Assembly (NCBI GenBank): GCA_000146045.2
Contig: BK006946.2
Coordinates: forward strand, 704,001-768,000
Source of the DNA: TPA_inf: Saccharomyces
Lineage: Eukaryota
Direction: 5' to 3'
DNA: 64,000 nt
Shown: positions 21,934 to 35,184 of the stretch, one piece after another
How positions within the stretch are numbered: the stretch's first letter is position 1
How the letters are laid out: each line of letters starts with the position of its first letter
The notes under the pieces: model-generated
What the model saw: only the letters and a program-made list of their open reading frames with translations
Told to the model about the DNA's origin: nothing
Databases searched by the model: none
Program-made: the position numbers and the translations under genes

Positions 21934-24900
21934 TTATTCGTCTGCTTTTTGAGATTCATGGCTAGCGACATACTCAGTAGCTTTAGCTTTAACGTATTCA
22001 ATGGTCTTTTCGTCACCTTCAGATTCCTCAAATTGTAACCATTTATTAAAGAAAAACTTAGCCTGCTTCCTTGTTATTTTTTTGGTTATTATTCTCTCAA
22101 ATAAATCTTCCACCTTCTTCTTATCTTTTGCCTTCACTTCCTGGTCTACGTAAACGTTCCACAGGTCAATTCTCTTTGGCGCATCAGCAACCAAACCTTC
22201 GAATAATGACCGACCCCTTTCTGGGTCACCCTTTGCAAATTCTAATTGAGCAAACTTGCGGACAACCTCGATATGATTACGCTTTGGTAGGGCCTTCAAA
22301 GCATTACCTAAAATAGTACGTGCCTCTTGCTCTTCATTGTGGCTGATCAAAAAATCACCCCACGATACCCAGATAGAAACTTTCTCGCCGCCAAATTTCT
22401 TAGCTGTAGCTTTGAATAATTCTGCTGCTTTGTCGAACTTTTCACTTATTTCATAAATACCAAGCAGTTTTGTATGAATAGTATATGAGTCCATATACTG
22501 ACAAGCCCTGCTAAACACTTCTTCTAAAGTTTCTTCGGTACCAAAAGTATTTTCTAAATTCAGCATTGCAATCCAAATATTCAACTTCTCGGCTTCTTCT
22601 CTGAAGTTGATGGTCTTTAGCGCACGTTCTGCGAGCTCTCGAGCCTTCTCGATCTCACTCAGTTGTAGTTGGAAAGCCATATAGTTCATCCACACTACGG
22701 ACGAATTTGGATTACCGATAAGTAGACGTTCAAAATCGGCAACAGATTCTGGTGCCCTAGTGTTGATATCAATGGTCTTATCCTGAACAACATTTTCCTT
22801 TCTTCTCTTGTGCTTGTGTTTCTTATTTTCAGTAAAGTCTTCTTGATCTTGGTCAGACTCTTCTTCTTCTTGCGCTTGATCCAAAATGGAAGCAGTCCAA
22901 TCAAAACCAGCACTCAAGGATAGCCCATCCGAAGATGTTTCAGGCTTCCTATCGGCAACTTCGGTGTTTTGGTCTCCGATATCAGATTCGCTGTCGGAAT
23001 CGTTGAAGCCAGCATCTGCCATGACTTCATCTTCATCCTCCTTTTCCAGTTGATCCACAGTAGTAGTGGTGGTGGTAGTAGAAGCCAATTCGGCTTCTTT
23101 AGAGAAATGAGACGCTTTCAAGCTCAATGAAATTTGTTTTTTTTCTGGATTTGTTTTCAAAACAATAGCTTTTACTCTGTCCCCAACACCAAACAAGGCA
23201 GAAAGATCTTCAGGTTTTTTGTCCGCAATTTCAGTAATATGTGCCAAACCAGTAACATTAACAGTGTTATCTAGTTTGACGAAAACACCAAAATCAGTGA
23301 CGCTTTTAATTGTACCCTCGAAAACATCACCAGCCTTAATGTCTGAATAGGTCTTTAGAACCTTTAAATCACCATTTATTTCGGATTCTCTTAGGGTTAG
23401 AGAAATACGAGAATCTTCATCGCATGTAACGACTTTTCCCAAAACGTATTGCATAGGCTTGTAAAACTTCTTCCATTCCTTCAAGTAAGAATCAGATAGT
23501 TTACTAACAGGGACAAAGGCTTCAACTTTCCTACTCAAGTAAACAAAAATACCTTTGTCATTCACATTCTTAACAATACCATCTACAATCTCGCCTTGCT
23601 TCAAATCTTCATGAGATTTGATCGAACGAGTTTTTGCAGTAGCAGGACGAAGGGATAGTTCAATTTTCTTATTCTGTTCATCAACAGATAAAACGGTAGT
23701 TGGAATGACGTTGTTAATTTTGTCTTCAAAAGCTTCCTTCAATGTTAGGGAGAAATCATTTAACGCATCCGTAATAAAGGAAATACCAGTCACTTTGTTA
23801 CCAAGGTCTAACAAAACATACTTTTCAGCTATTTTTAGAACACGACCTGGCAATTCATCACCAACTTTAATTGTGGACATATTTATGTCAACATGACTCT
23901 TTCCAATGGCATTGACAAAGCCATGCTCGCGGTCAATAGAGGCAACTTTCACTTGGAGGGCTGAACCTAATGGGAAAACAGATTCAATATTTTCTGAAAA
24001 ATTTGAATCGTTATCAGCTAAATCTAGTAGAGAAATTCTCGCCTTCAAAACTGGAGAAATTGTTAGCCATAGGTGGTTACCTGATGAATTGTTGACAAAG
24101 CCAGTTAACTCTTGCCCAATGTTGATTTCCTCAAGACTTTTTGTGTGCACTTCCTTAGATTTTAATTCTGATGGTTTCATGGATAATTCCAAAACGCTAG
24201 CCTTTGAGATTTTGTGTGTAATCGGCAAGAACTTATGGCTCTTGACATCGTGATTACCTATGATTTTTACCTTGATGACATCGTCTTTTTTGTAATTACT
24301 CAACGGCTGTTTCTTATCTGTAATTTCTTCATACGTGTCAAACACTTCAGCAATGTCCACTCTGCCATGCAAATTTGCCGCTAAAATAACATTCAATTGA
24401 TTTTTCTTGACGCTCTTGATTTTTGCTTTAACAATACTACCAATAGACAAATCGTCCCAGCTTTTGATAGACGAATCAACAGGATCTTCGATATTAGATT
24501 CAACTTTCTTCTTCTCTTCTTTGACCTTTGGAGCTTTTAGAGATAATAGGAATTTCTGGTTTTTGTCGTCTGTTCTTAATAAATAGACGGTAACGGATTG
24601 GTTAATATAAAACGCCTTGCTGATATCAATATCCCTACTATCAACAGCGTAACTTGGTAAAACCAACCCAATGAACTTACCGTTAAATGCAACAAAGAGA
24701 CCCTTATCAGAAATGGATTTAATGTAAGCGTGCATTGGTACATCTTTATTTAGATCCTTAACATCATCATATGTTAATGGAAGAGTCTCCTTTTTAGCGT
24801 CTTTAATCAGAGAACTTTTGAGGGACATATTGAAAACGCGGGTTCTTGTATCTTTATCAATTACCAAACCAGTCAGTTCAGTGCCGATTCTGAGCTTTTT

Positions 24901-27123
24901 CAACTGAGCCCTATTTTGTTCAATTCTGGAATCAGAGAGATGACCAACGTAGATGACACCACGCAAGCCAACATCAGGAATTTCAACAATAACAGAATCT
25001 TTGGTTTTTTCGATAACATGGACAGTAATGATTGTTCTGCCTGGAACAATATTTTCAATGGTATCTTTTTGTTGGGCAGCCTGTTCATTTGAAACTTTGC
25101 ATGTGGCAATAATTCTCCTCCTGTCAGCATCGACGTCAAGAAGTTTTACTATTACTGTTTGACCGAGTCTTAAATGTTCTTCTGGTCTCTTCACAAAGAC
25201 TTCTGAGATCTCAGAATTAGGTAAAAATCCCGATAAACCACCAAAAAAGGAAATGATGCAACCATTTGGTTTGAAAACTTGAATAGTTGCTAAAGTCTTT
25301 TCATTTTTTTCTTTGATATTTTTGGCGTTTTCATAAGTGGAAACCAGTGGTAATTCGTTGTCTTCAATATTAACTAATGATTTTTTCAAAGTGACATGCA
25401 CATTACCTCTTGAATTAACTGATATAACTCTACCTTTAACCTTAGAACCTATCTTGAACTTCCTTTCTGGATAAACTAGCCTGGTATCTGAAATGTGTAA
25501 TGGTGGAACAGAAGCCTTAAATTGCCCGTTAAATATCTTCAATTCAATACCTGAACTAGAGACGGAAGTTATTTCACAACTTGGTAATAATTCTCCGATT
25601 GGAATATCATTTGTTCTTAGATACTTTAATTTTAGGTATTTTGGATCAGTGGACAATTGATAAATGTCATCAACAGGGCTATAACCAAGGACCCTGGAAC
25701 TTAAATTTTCTGAATTTTCAATTTCACCAACTCTTGAAGAATGTACTTTACCTAATCTATCATCATCCAATGCTAAGTATAGATATTCGGAATCACGCCC
25801 TTTAATGCTGCATGATTCAAATGTGTAGCCGATAGGGAATGCATCAAGACCTTCAGTAGATCTCAAAGCGTCTTCTAGTTTTAAAATGTGTGGAAGGTTT
25901 GACAAAATCAAGACCTTGTCACCGCTTTTGTTTTCTAAACAAGCAATAATTCGGCATCTAATACTAGAACCAATAACAAATTTATGCTTTAAATCTTCTT
26001 CGGAAAATGTTCTTAAATGTGATACGTTGACAACACCGGATACTAACCCAAAAACTTTACCGGCAATACCATTTTTAGTGATTGATTCACACAATAAGTC
26101 GACGATTTGACCAGGGATAATGGCATCAATTGAGGAGATTTGAGTAATTTTGTTTTTCTTGTCCGAAAAGTCTGTATTTACAACAATTGATCTGTCGGAT
26201 TTTTTGGTGATATTACCTAAGAAAACAGCCCCCGGCAATAATTTTTCAAAATTGCCAAAATCCTTCTTAGCAATGAACCCTGTAAAGCCTGGCAGACCAA
26301 CATCTAAGGTAGCACCGTGATCCTCGATGGATTTGACCGCGCATTGAATAGACGTGGATTTAACCAAATCTTCATCTGCGTATATGTTGACGGATGAAGG
26401 TTCGATGGTTAACTCTATTCTCTTCTTTTTGGATTTCTTAGTTGATGGTTCTAAAGAGGTATTCTTGATGACAGAGCATCTTAGCCATTGACCAATGTGA
26501 AAGTACCTTCTTAAATTAGGTAATTCATTAGATTTATCTAATTTTTCATCTTCGTCGTCGGACGATTCGTATTCTGCATCTTCAACTTTGGATTTTTTCT
26601 CATCAGCAGCATCAGTATCACTATCCATATCTTCATCCAGATCTTCCAAAATCGAAGTAAATTCTTCTGAGATATGTGTTAGGTTCACATAACCAGAAAT
26701 TCCGTCTGTGAATGTTATACATAAATCTTGTTTAGTGATAGCAGAAATCTGACCAAGCAAAGAAGAGCCATTCTTCAACGTTTTAAAGTTGACATGTTCA
26801 ATTAGTCCAGCTCTAGCTTCATCAGAGTTTGCTGATGAGGCCTCGGAATCTTTAGAAGTGGATTTCTTTGTTGTCTTCTTCTTTTTCAAGGGTCTACTTG
26901 CTGGTTCAGATGCTTTGACACTTTCATTACCAAATAACACATCACTTGCAGCTTCGTTAGCAACTTGTTTCAGTTCTAAAGGAGTCAAAGCAGACGCACC
27001 ACCCCTTGGAAAAGAGACTTCCTCAGTGTTCCTTACTAATGATGAGGTAGAGGGCTGCTTTGTGGAGTCTTCCCTCGAAAGTGGAAAATCTTCATCTCTC
27101 TTTCTTTTGGTGGAAGCTACCAT
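21934..27123 (-). CDS. RRP5: RRP5, a 1729-aa pre-rRNA processing factor with S1 RNA-binding repeats and C-terminal HAT repeats
   Basis: A 1729-aa ORF with repeated S1-like blocks and a TPR/HAT-like C-terminus. Confidence 0.95.
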
Positions 27124-28222
27124 TTTTGCAACAGTACAGGTGTGTTTTTTATATTAAACGGTCCTTGATTCAGACTGTAGTAGTAGATACTAATAGCTTT
27201 AAATAAAAATGAATAGACGAACCTTACTGAGCTTTCTTCAGTTGCTGCTAATGTATAGAAGGGTTTAGCTCATCTCATCTTAAAATTTTTCAAAATTTTT
27301 CGGAATCAGAAACGACTTAGATCACTTTGCACGCGGGCATTGAATGACTGGCCAATGTAGTGACAATAAACTCTCTAATGGTGAAATATGTACCGCGGCA
27401 ACAAGTAAGTTTACGTCTACTAATAATTTGTTGAATAAAGTAAGCCCAGAAACAAGCATCCATCTGGCCAGAATAATGTTTTCCTATATGTACTTACCAA
27501 TTATGTAGTTGAAAAATCATACACAAATAATAGCACTATAAATAACGAGCAGGATATTTATAAAAGAGTTTAACAACAGAGTTCAGGATTGAATATTCTC
27601 AGTAACTGCGTAATACATATTGTTGGGATTTACGTTTTTTGCCTTAAACCCTGTTTAATATCTGTTTAGCAAAATGAAAAGCATATGGAAACCTCTTACG
27701 CACTGGAATTGATATGTTTTCTATTAATTAGGATAAACCGCTGAACAAGAACCTTTTTCATGGCATATCAAACTTTTTAACATTGGAAAATTAGAGAATA
27801 AGCTCAAGAGAGAGATGTACTGAAGTAGTTTTTTACCGCCGGATGAAGTGTTTCGCCTGCTGTTTGTTTCGACCCTGTGTATATGACCATTTAGGTAAAG
27901 CCACTTAATAGCCATCAAATATTGATCGAGTTCATATAAAGCTAAAGAGTAGGAAATATACCATCAATGGTGAGCACTTATTTTTTTTTGGATTTAGATG
28001 TGAGACATACTAAAAAAAAGTTGCTATCAAGCCTATAATTTGGCTACGTTGTCTTCCGGTGTTTTTCAATTGATTTAAGTTACAACACTCAAATCTGGGT
28101 AATTTGATCTTTTTTAATAATTATTTTAGTGACATATAGTTCTTAGAGTTCGCAGATTTATTTTGTCATTTTTTGGATCGGCGTCTTATAAAATCAAGAC
28201 ATAATACATCCGCACATCGCGC

Positions 28223-28234
28223 ATGTGTGGGTGT
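28223..28234 (-). promoter_or_regulatory. Rap1-binding site (ACACCCACACAT) in the RPS10B promoter
   Basis: The plus strand reads ATGTGTGGGTGT, whose reverse complement ACACCCACACAT matches the Rap1 consensus ACACCCRYACAYM. It lies about 180 bp upstream of the RPS10B ATG, the usual spacing for ribosomal-protein genes. Confidence 0.6.
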
Positions 28235-28413
28235 ATATGCCCTTTTCACGATTTTTAAGTTGCGTCTCAAAATAGTTTCCGAGTTGGAAGCCTGAGTTTT
28301 TCAAAACAATATAGGAATTAAAGGTATACGTCTTTGGATACATGTTATTTGAAATGGGGTAGAACTAGCACAACTGAAACCAAGAAAACACAGATCATAA
28401 CTAACCGTTCAAG

Positions 28414-29141
28414 ATGTTGATGCCAAAGCAAGAAAGAAACAAAATTCACCAATACTTGTTTCAAGGTATGTTTGCATTTTTTAGGTGAAATATGCAGTGA
28501 TATGCTCCGAAATGGATAGCAAAGATGATAAATGAAAATACAATTAAATTGAACTTGAATATCATTAAAAGTGGTAGAAAACCGATTGTTTCAAAAAGAT
28601 CTTTGTGGACAAGTACGGCAGTGCATGAATCCGAAAGAAAAGTGCAACCTAAGCAGAATTCCATTATTTCACGCGTCCATTTTTATAATGTTTGAACTTT
28701 TGAGTCCTTATAGAAATGCTAATATTATGATCAAAGCGATTATATCATTTACTTTACAGTTTCCGGAGTTTCCGTATTATTGCAAAAGGACCACAAACAA
28801 TTGAAATCATGATATCGTAAGAAATATTATTACTAACAAGGAAGATCATTGAATTACGATCGCATATCGAAATAGAAGGTGTTGTCGTCGCTAAGAAGGA
28901 TTTCAACCAAGCTAAGCACGAAGAAATTGATACCAAGAACTTGTATGTTATCAAGGCTTTGCAATCCTTGACTTCTAAGGGTTACGTTAAGACTCAATTC
29001 TCATGGCAATACTACTATTACACTTTGACTGAAGAAGGTGTTGAATACTTGAGAGAATACTTGAACTTGCCTGAACACATTGTCCCAGGTACCTACATTC
29101 AAGAAAGAAACCCATCCCAAAGACCTCAAAGAAGATACTAA
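28414..29141 (+). CDS. RPS10B: RPS10B, ribosomal protein eS10, 105 aa, two exons
   Basis: Exon 1 is 28414..28465 ([17 protein letters not shown] plus G). The intron is 28466..28875 (410 nt) with GTATGT, TACTAAC at 28833-28839 and 3' splice site AAATAG. Exon 2 is 28876..29141. The spliced product ...[90 protein letters not shown] matches eS10. Confidence 0.9.
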
Positions 29142-29544
29142 GTGCGTTGTTACGTTTAAGTAAACTATTTTCTATTTAATATTAGACTATTCTTTATTTT
29201 GTTCTCTCTCGTAATATATGTGGTTTTATGCATCAAATAAGTTTTTATCACTTTATTTCCTTTTACAATGTGTATTATTGTAAAATACTCACAATGTAAT
29301 CTATTTTTTCAGGATGTGTTACGATGCAGACATGTTTTGTGCATGCTCTTTAGCATTGTTGTGCATTTTAGATTGTCGTCGTTTGTTTCTGTATGTGGTG
29401 TACGGATTATGTGTAACTGTATTAATTGTTCAAGATTCATTCATAATATTAACTAATGATCCCTTCAAGAACGCGCCATATATAAAATATTCAAAGTTAA
29501 ACCTTCCAAAAATCATAGCGTTTCATCTATAGGCACAGCAAATC

Positions 29545-32500
29545 ATGTCCCTGAGCTCCTGGAGGCAATTCCAGCTTTTCGAGAATATTCCCATAAGAGA
29601 TCCTAATTTTGGAGGAGATTCCCTATTGTACTCGGACCCAACACTTTGCGCAGCTACAATAGTAGATCCTCAAACTCTGATCATAGCTGTAAATTCAAAT
29701 ATTATAAAAGTTGTCAAATTAAATCAATCGCAAGTAATACATGAATTTCAATCTTTTCCTCATGATTTTCAAATCACTTTCCTGAAAGTCATCAACGGGG
29801 AATTTCTCGTAGCGTTAGCTGAATCCATTGGCAAACCTTCCCTAATAAGAGTATATAAACTAGAAAAACTGCCAAATAGAGAACAACTATACCATTCACA
29901 AGTCGAACTGAAAAACGGTAATAATACATACCCTATTTCAGTTGTCTCCATATCAAATGACCTTTCCTGTATTGTGGTTGGATTCATTAATGGGAAAATC
30001 ATCCTTATTAGAGGTGACATTTCAAGAGATAGAGGATCTCAACAAAGGATTATATATGAAGATCCAAGTAAAGAGCCAATAACAGCTTTATTCCTCAATA
30101 ACGACGCAACGGCTTGTTTTGCGGCTACAACTTCAAGAATCCTTTTATTTAATACGACTGGTAGAAATAGAGGGCGCCCAAGTTTGGTTTTAAATTCAAA
30201 AAATGGCCTGGATCTAAATTGTGGATCTTTTAATCCGGCAACAAACGAATTTATATGTTGCTTAAGCAACTTTATCGAATTTTTCAGCTCTAGTGGAAAA
30301 AAGCATCAATTCGCATTTGATCTATCGCTGAGAAAGAGGATATTTTGTGTAGATAAAGATCACATTTTGATTGTGACTGAGGAAACAGGTGTACCAACTA
30401 CATCCATAAGTGTTAATGAACTGTCGCCCACAATAATTAACCGAATATTCATCATTGATGCTAAAAATAAAATCATTTCTTTGAATTTTGTTGTTTCTAG
30501 TGCAATTATTGATATTTTTTCAACCTCTCAGAGCGGTAAAAACATCACTTATCTGCTAACTTCTGAAGGAGTAATGCATAGGATAACTCCAAAATCTTTA
30601 GAAAATCAAATTAACATCATCATCCAAAAGGAACTGTACCCTTTTGCTTTACAATTAGCGAAACAGCATTCATTATCACCGCTAGATGTTCAGGAAATTC
30701 ATAAAAAATATGGTGATTATCTCTTTAAAAAGGGACTCAGGAAGGAAGCAACAGACCAGTACATACAATGTCTGGACGTTGTGGAAACTAGTGAAATCAT
30801 TTCAAAATTTGGTGTCAAGGAGGTTCCTGACCCAGAGAGTATGAGGAACTTGGCTGACTATCTGTGGTCTTTGATCAAGAATTCTATTTCTCAACGCGAT
30901 CATGTTACCCTTTTGTTAATTGTTTTAATCAAATTGAAGGATGTTGAAGGAATTGATACTTTTATCCAGCATTTCGATAGAAAAGGCATTTGGAATGAAG
31001 GTGTTGTGATGGACGATATGGATGATGTGACGTTTTTTTATTCAGATAACGATTTTTTTGATTTAGATTTAATCTTAGAGCTTATGAAAGAGTCAGATTT
31101 TAAGCGTCTCTCATACAGACTTGCAAAGAAGTATTCAAAGGATTCATTAATTATTGTGGATATTTTATTGAATCTATTGCATAACCCTGTAAAAGCCATA
31201 AAATACATAAAAAGTTTACCAATTGATGAAACCCTAAGATGCCTTGTGACGTACTCGAAAAAATTACTGGAGGAGTCACCGAATGAAACTAATGCTTTAC
31301 TGATAGAAGTATTTACAGGGAAGTTCAAACCATCCACTTTTGAAGTGGATCTGGACCGGAGAGATACGACGGGCGATTTTTCTGAAAATATTAGAACAGT
31401 TTTTTACAGTTACAAAACATTCTTCAACTACATGAACTCAAATGGTACATCAGACGCAATGAGCGAGTCTTCAGAGGCATCCCACGAACATGAAGAGCCT
31501 ACTTATCATCCGCCGAAGCCATCCATTGTTTTCAGTTCATTCGTTACAAAACCTTTTGAATTTGTTGTTTTCTTAGAAGCCTGTTTGGCATGTTACCAGC
31601 AGTATGAGGGTTTTGACGAAGATAGGCAAGTAATTTTGACTACTTTATATGACTTATATTTGAATTTGGCGCAAAATGATGTACCCGAGCGTATAGACGA
31701 CTGGCGTTCAAGAGCAACTGGCGTATTGCGTGAGAGCAATAAATTGGTGTATTCTGCCGCAAGTAATAATACTAGCAAAAGGGTGGATAACTCAATAATG
31801 CTGTTAATTTCCCATATGGATCAAAGTAGTGCTTCAGCAAAAGATAAGACGAAAATTGACATAGCTTCATTTGCCAATGATAACCCCGAGATGGATTTGC
31901 TGAGTACATTTAGGGCTATGACGTTAAATGAAGAACCAAGTACTTGTCTCAAATTCCTAGAAAAATATGGCACAGAGGAACCCAAGCTCTTACAAGTAGC
32001 ATTGAGTTACTTTGTTTCTAATAAACTAATCTTCAAGGAGATGGGCGGTAATGAAGTACTGAAAGAAAAAGTATTGAGGCCAATTATAGAGGGGGAAAGA
32101 ATGCCACTGTTGGATATAATTAAAGCGCTATCCCGTACAAATGTAGCCCACTTTGGGCTGATACAAGACATCATTATTGATCATGTCAAAACCGAAGATA
32201 CAGAAATCAAAAGGAACGAAAAACTAATTGAATCTTACGATAAAGAGTTAAAGGAGAAAAACAAGAAGTTGAAGAACACCATTAATTCAGATCAACCTCT
32301 CCACGTACCCCTGAAGAATCAAACGTGTTTCATGTGTAGACTGACATTGGATATTCCTGTAGTTTTTTTTAAATGTGGTCACATTTACCACCAACATTGT
32401 CTAAATGAGGAAGAAGATACTCTAGAAAGCGAGAGAAAGCTCTTTAAATGTCCCAAATGCTTGGTGGACTTAGAAACCTCCAACAAACTTTTTGAAGCTC

Positions 32501-32634
32501 AACACGAAGTAGTTGAAAAGAATGATCTTTTGAATTTTGCATTAAACAGTGAAGAAGGTAGTAGAGACCGTTTCAAAGTCATAACAGAGTTTTTAGGTAG
32601 AGGTGCCATCAGTTATTCTGACATCACTATTTAA
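29545..32634 (+). CDS. PEP5: PEP5/VPS11, HOPS/CORVET subunit, 1029 aa, with a C-terminal RING-H2
   Basis: A 1029-aa ORF with the C-terminal motif [26 protein letters not shown]...CPKC. Confidence 0.9.
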
Positions 32635-32704
32635 TGATGGATCATAACGATCTATTGTCGCCGCCGCGTCACAAATGCGCCCCGAACTTGTCGCGAAGTT
32701 AATC

Positions 32705-32732
32705 TGAAACATATATGTTACCTACTGAAACA
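32705..32732 (+). promoter_or_regulatory. Two pheromone-response elements (Ste12 sites, TGAAACA) in the FUS2 promoter
   Basis: TGAAACA at 32705-32711 and again at 32726-32732, about 200 bp upstream of the FUS2 ATG. A partial TGAAACC is at 32861-32867. FUS2 is a pheromone-induced gene. Confidence 0.6.
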
Positions 32733-32925
32733 GCGCATGTTGGAAAAGACAAAGGTGAAGACGAAGTTGTATATTTAAGATAGACCCTTTATACATCCTT
32801 TTGAAAAAATTATTAATGTGGCAACCGTCTTTTATTTGACAAAGTATCTTTTTTCTTTGTGAAACCAATTTTAGGTTTTCTTGTTATAGTAAGTTCTTAA
32901 GAAAAAGACAAGAAAACCCCTTGCG

Positions 32926-34959
32926 ATGTTTAAGACTTCATATAACTTGTACGATTTGAACTATCCGAAAAATGATTCATTAACGCCAATAAGAGACTAC
33001 AAAAATGACTATTTTCATAAAAATGATGACAAATTACCAGAAATTGTTAGAAAACCTACGAGAAAGTTATCGAAACATGAAAACAAACTCAACGATAAAA
33101 AATTCACGAATAAACGACCAGCAAGTCTGGACTTGCATTCTATAGTGGAGAGCCTGAGCAATAAAAAAATTTACTCTCCTATTAACACAGAGATATTTCA
33201 AAATGTCGTGAGACTGAATTTGAGCCCTCAGATTCCCAATTCTCCTCACGAGGGATGCAAATTTTATAAAATCGTACAGGAGTTTTACCTCTCTGAAGTG
33301 GAATATTACAATAATTTGTTAACCGCAAATAACGTATACAGAAAGGCATTGAATAGTGATCCAAGATTCAAGAATAAACTTGTCAAGCTTGATTCAAGTG
33401 ACGAGCTATTGCTTTTTGGGAACATTGACACTATTGCGTCAATCAGCAAAATACTGGTAACGGCAATAAAAGACCTACTTTTAGCCAAGCAACGTGGGAA
33501 AATGTTGGATGCGAATGAATGGCAAAAGATATTCACCAAAAATGAGGTACAACAGCAGCTATATTCAACTTTTGATATTTCAGAGGCGTTCGAGCAACAT
33601 TTGTTAAGAATCAAATCCACCTACACAAGCTATTTTGTTAGCCACCAAAAACAAATGGAACTATTTACTACATTAAGGATGAATAAGAATCATTTTTTTA
33701 ACAAGTGGTATGAATATTGTTTAAAAGAGAGTGGATGTATAAAGTTAGAGGACATATTGAAAAGCCCGATGAAAAGACTGACTCAGTGGATTGATACTTT
33801 GGAAACTTTGGAAAGCTGTTACGAAGATATTCTTTCGCCAGAATTGGGCTTGAAACTAAGCCCGACAAGAAGAAAATATTCTTTATTTTCCAATAAGTTA
33901 GAAACCGAGGTCTCCGAGTATAAGAGTAATTCCATGTATAATTTCAGTTTAACCCCATCAGAGATTATACAAAGTTATGATGAAGATCAGTTTACACACC
34001 TTTTAAAACCCCCAGACAAACAAAATAAAAATATATGTAATGCATCTCGACAAGAGAGTAATTTGGATAATAGTAGAGTTCCTTCTCTTCTTTCTGGATC
34101 ATCGAGTTACTACTCAGATGTATCAGGGCTAGAAATTGTCACTAATACTTCAACTGCCTCAGCTGAGATGATAAATCTAAAAATGGATGAAGAAACAGAA
34201 TTTTTTACATTGGCAGATCACATCAGTAAATTCAAGAAAGTAATGAAAGGTTTGTTAGAATTAAAAAAGAATTTATTGAAAAACGATCTGTCAGGCATTA
34301 TTGATATCAGTTTAAGAAGAATAAATGCATGGAAAAAGGTGATCGAGTGCGAACGCCCTTCTGGTGCATTTTTTGCGCACGATAACTTAATATCGACCAT
34401 GTGTTCTTCGTACATAGATAAACTGCATGAACAAAAAAATCAAGTAACAATTTTGAAACTCACAGAGCTCGAAACAGATGTGATGAACCCACTTGAAAGA
34501 ATCATAGCCCATTGTACTACCGTTAAAAGCAAACTAAAAGATTTGCAAGCTTTGAAGAAAGATTACATGTTATTTTTACAAGAAAAAAAAGCAAATGTGC
34601 GAGATATTAAACGTGACTTGTTGGGAATGCATTTCCAAAACCTGCAAAACCAGATGAAAAGGGAATTACCGGTCTTTATTACTTTGATCCACGATACTAT
34701 CGAATGTATCTTGTTGAACTATATCAAAGTCTTCTTAAAATATTTGGAAATCATTGCTGGTGGAAAAAAATACCTGCAAAAAGATCTTGAAAATATGTCT
34801 CTTAATGACTCTATAGCTACCGGCCAAATTAAAAATCTTGATATTTTGCAGTGTTATTCTAAATCACGATATATGACAAAACGCATGGTAAGAAAAGATT
34901 GGCCTTTCCCTGGAGACCCTAGTGGAAGCCGTGTTGTCAGAAAACTTTTCGAACTTTAA
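32926..34959 (+). CDS. FUS2: FUS2, cell-fusion protein with a Dbl-homology domain, 677 aa
   Basis: A 677-aa ORF at the YMR232W position with pheromone-response elements upstream. Confidence 0.85.
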   Translation: MFKTSYNLYDLNYPKNDSLTPIRDYKNDYFHKNDDKLPEIVRKPTRKLSKHENKLNDKKFTNKRPASLDLHSIVESLSNKKIYSPINTEIFQNVVRLNLSPQIPNSPHEGCKFYKIVQEFYLSEVEYYNNLLTANNVYRKALNSDPRFKNKLVKLDSSDELLLFGNIDTIASISKILVTAIKDLLLAKQRGKMLDANEWQKIFTKNEVQQQLYSTFDISEAFEQHLLRIKSTYTSYFVSHQKQMELFTTLRMNKNHFFNKWYEYCLKESGCIKLEDILKSPMKRLTQWIDTLETLESCYEDILSPELGLKLSPTRRKYSLFSNKLETEVSEYKSNSMYNFSLTPSEIIQSYDEDQFTHLLKPPDKQNKNICNASRQESNLDNSRVPSLLSGSSSYYSDVSGLEIVTNTSTASAEMINLKMDEETEFFTLADHISKFKKVMKGLLELKKNLLKNDLSGIIDISLRRINAWKKVIECERPSGAFFAHDNLISTMCSSYIDKLHEQKNQVTILKLTELETDVMNPLERIIAHCTTVKSKLKDLQALKKDYMLFLQEKKANVRDIKRDLLGMHFQNLQNQMKRELPVFITLIHDTIECILLNYIKVFLKYLEIIAGGKKYLQKDLENMSLNDSIATGQIKNLDILQCYSKSRYMTKRMVRKDWPFPGDPSGSRVVRKLFEL

Positions 34960-35184
34960 CAAAAGAGTATATTTAGCTTATAGTTTTTAGAATGTTTTGT
35001 TTTCTTTTTTATTAAAGTAGTACTACTGCGCTGGAGCAGTATATATGTTGAACTATAGTCAGTCACCTATAATTTGTTTGCTGGCGCGAAGGAGAAAGAA
35101 AATTTTAATTAATTCATGAAAAGCCTTAAGAAAAAGTTTAAGAGGAAATGAGCAAATAGAAGGCAAATAGAGGGTGAAAGCATT

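Noticed and set aside
28571-28804. A 77-aa ORF inside the RPS10B intron
   Set aside because: It lies wholly within a spliceosomal intron and has a low-complexity translation. No snoRNA-like boxes were recognised in the intron either.
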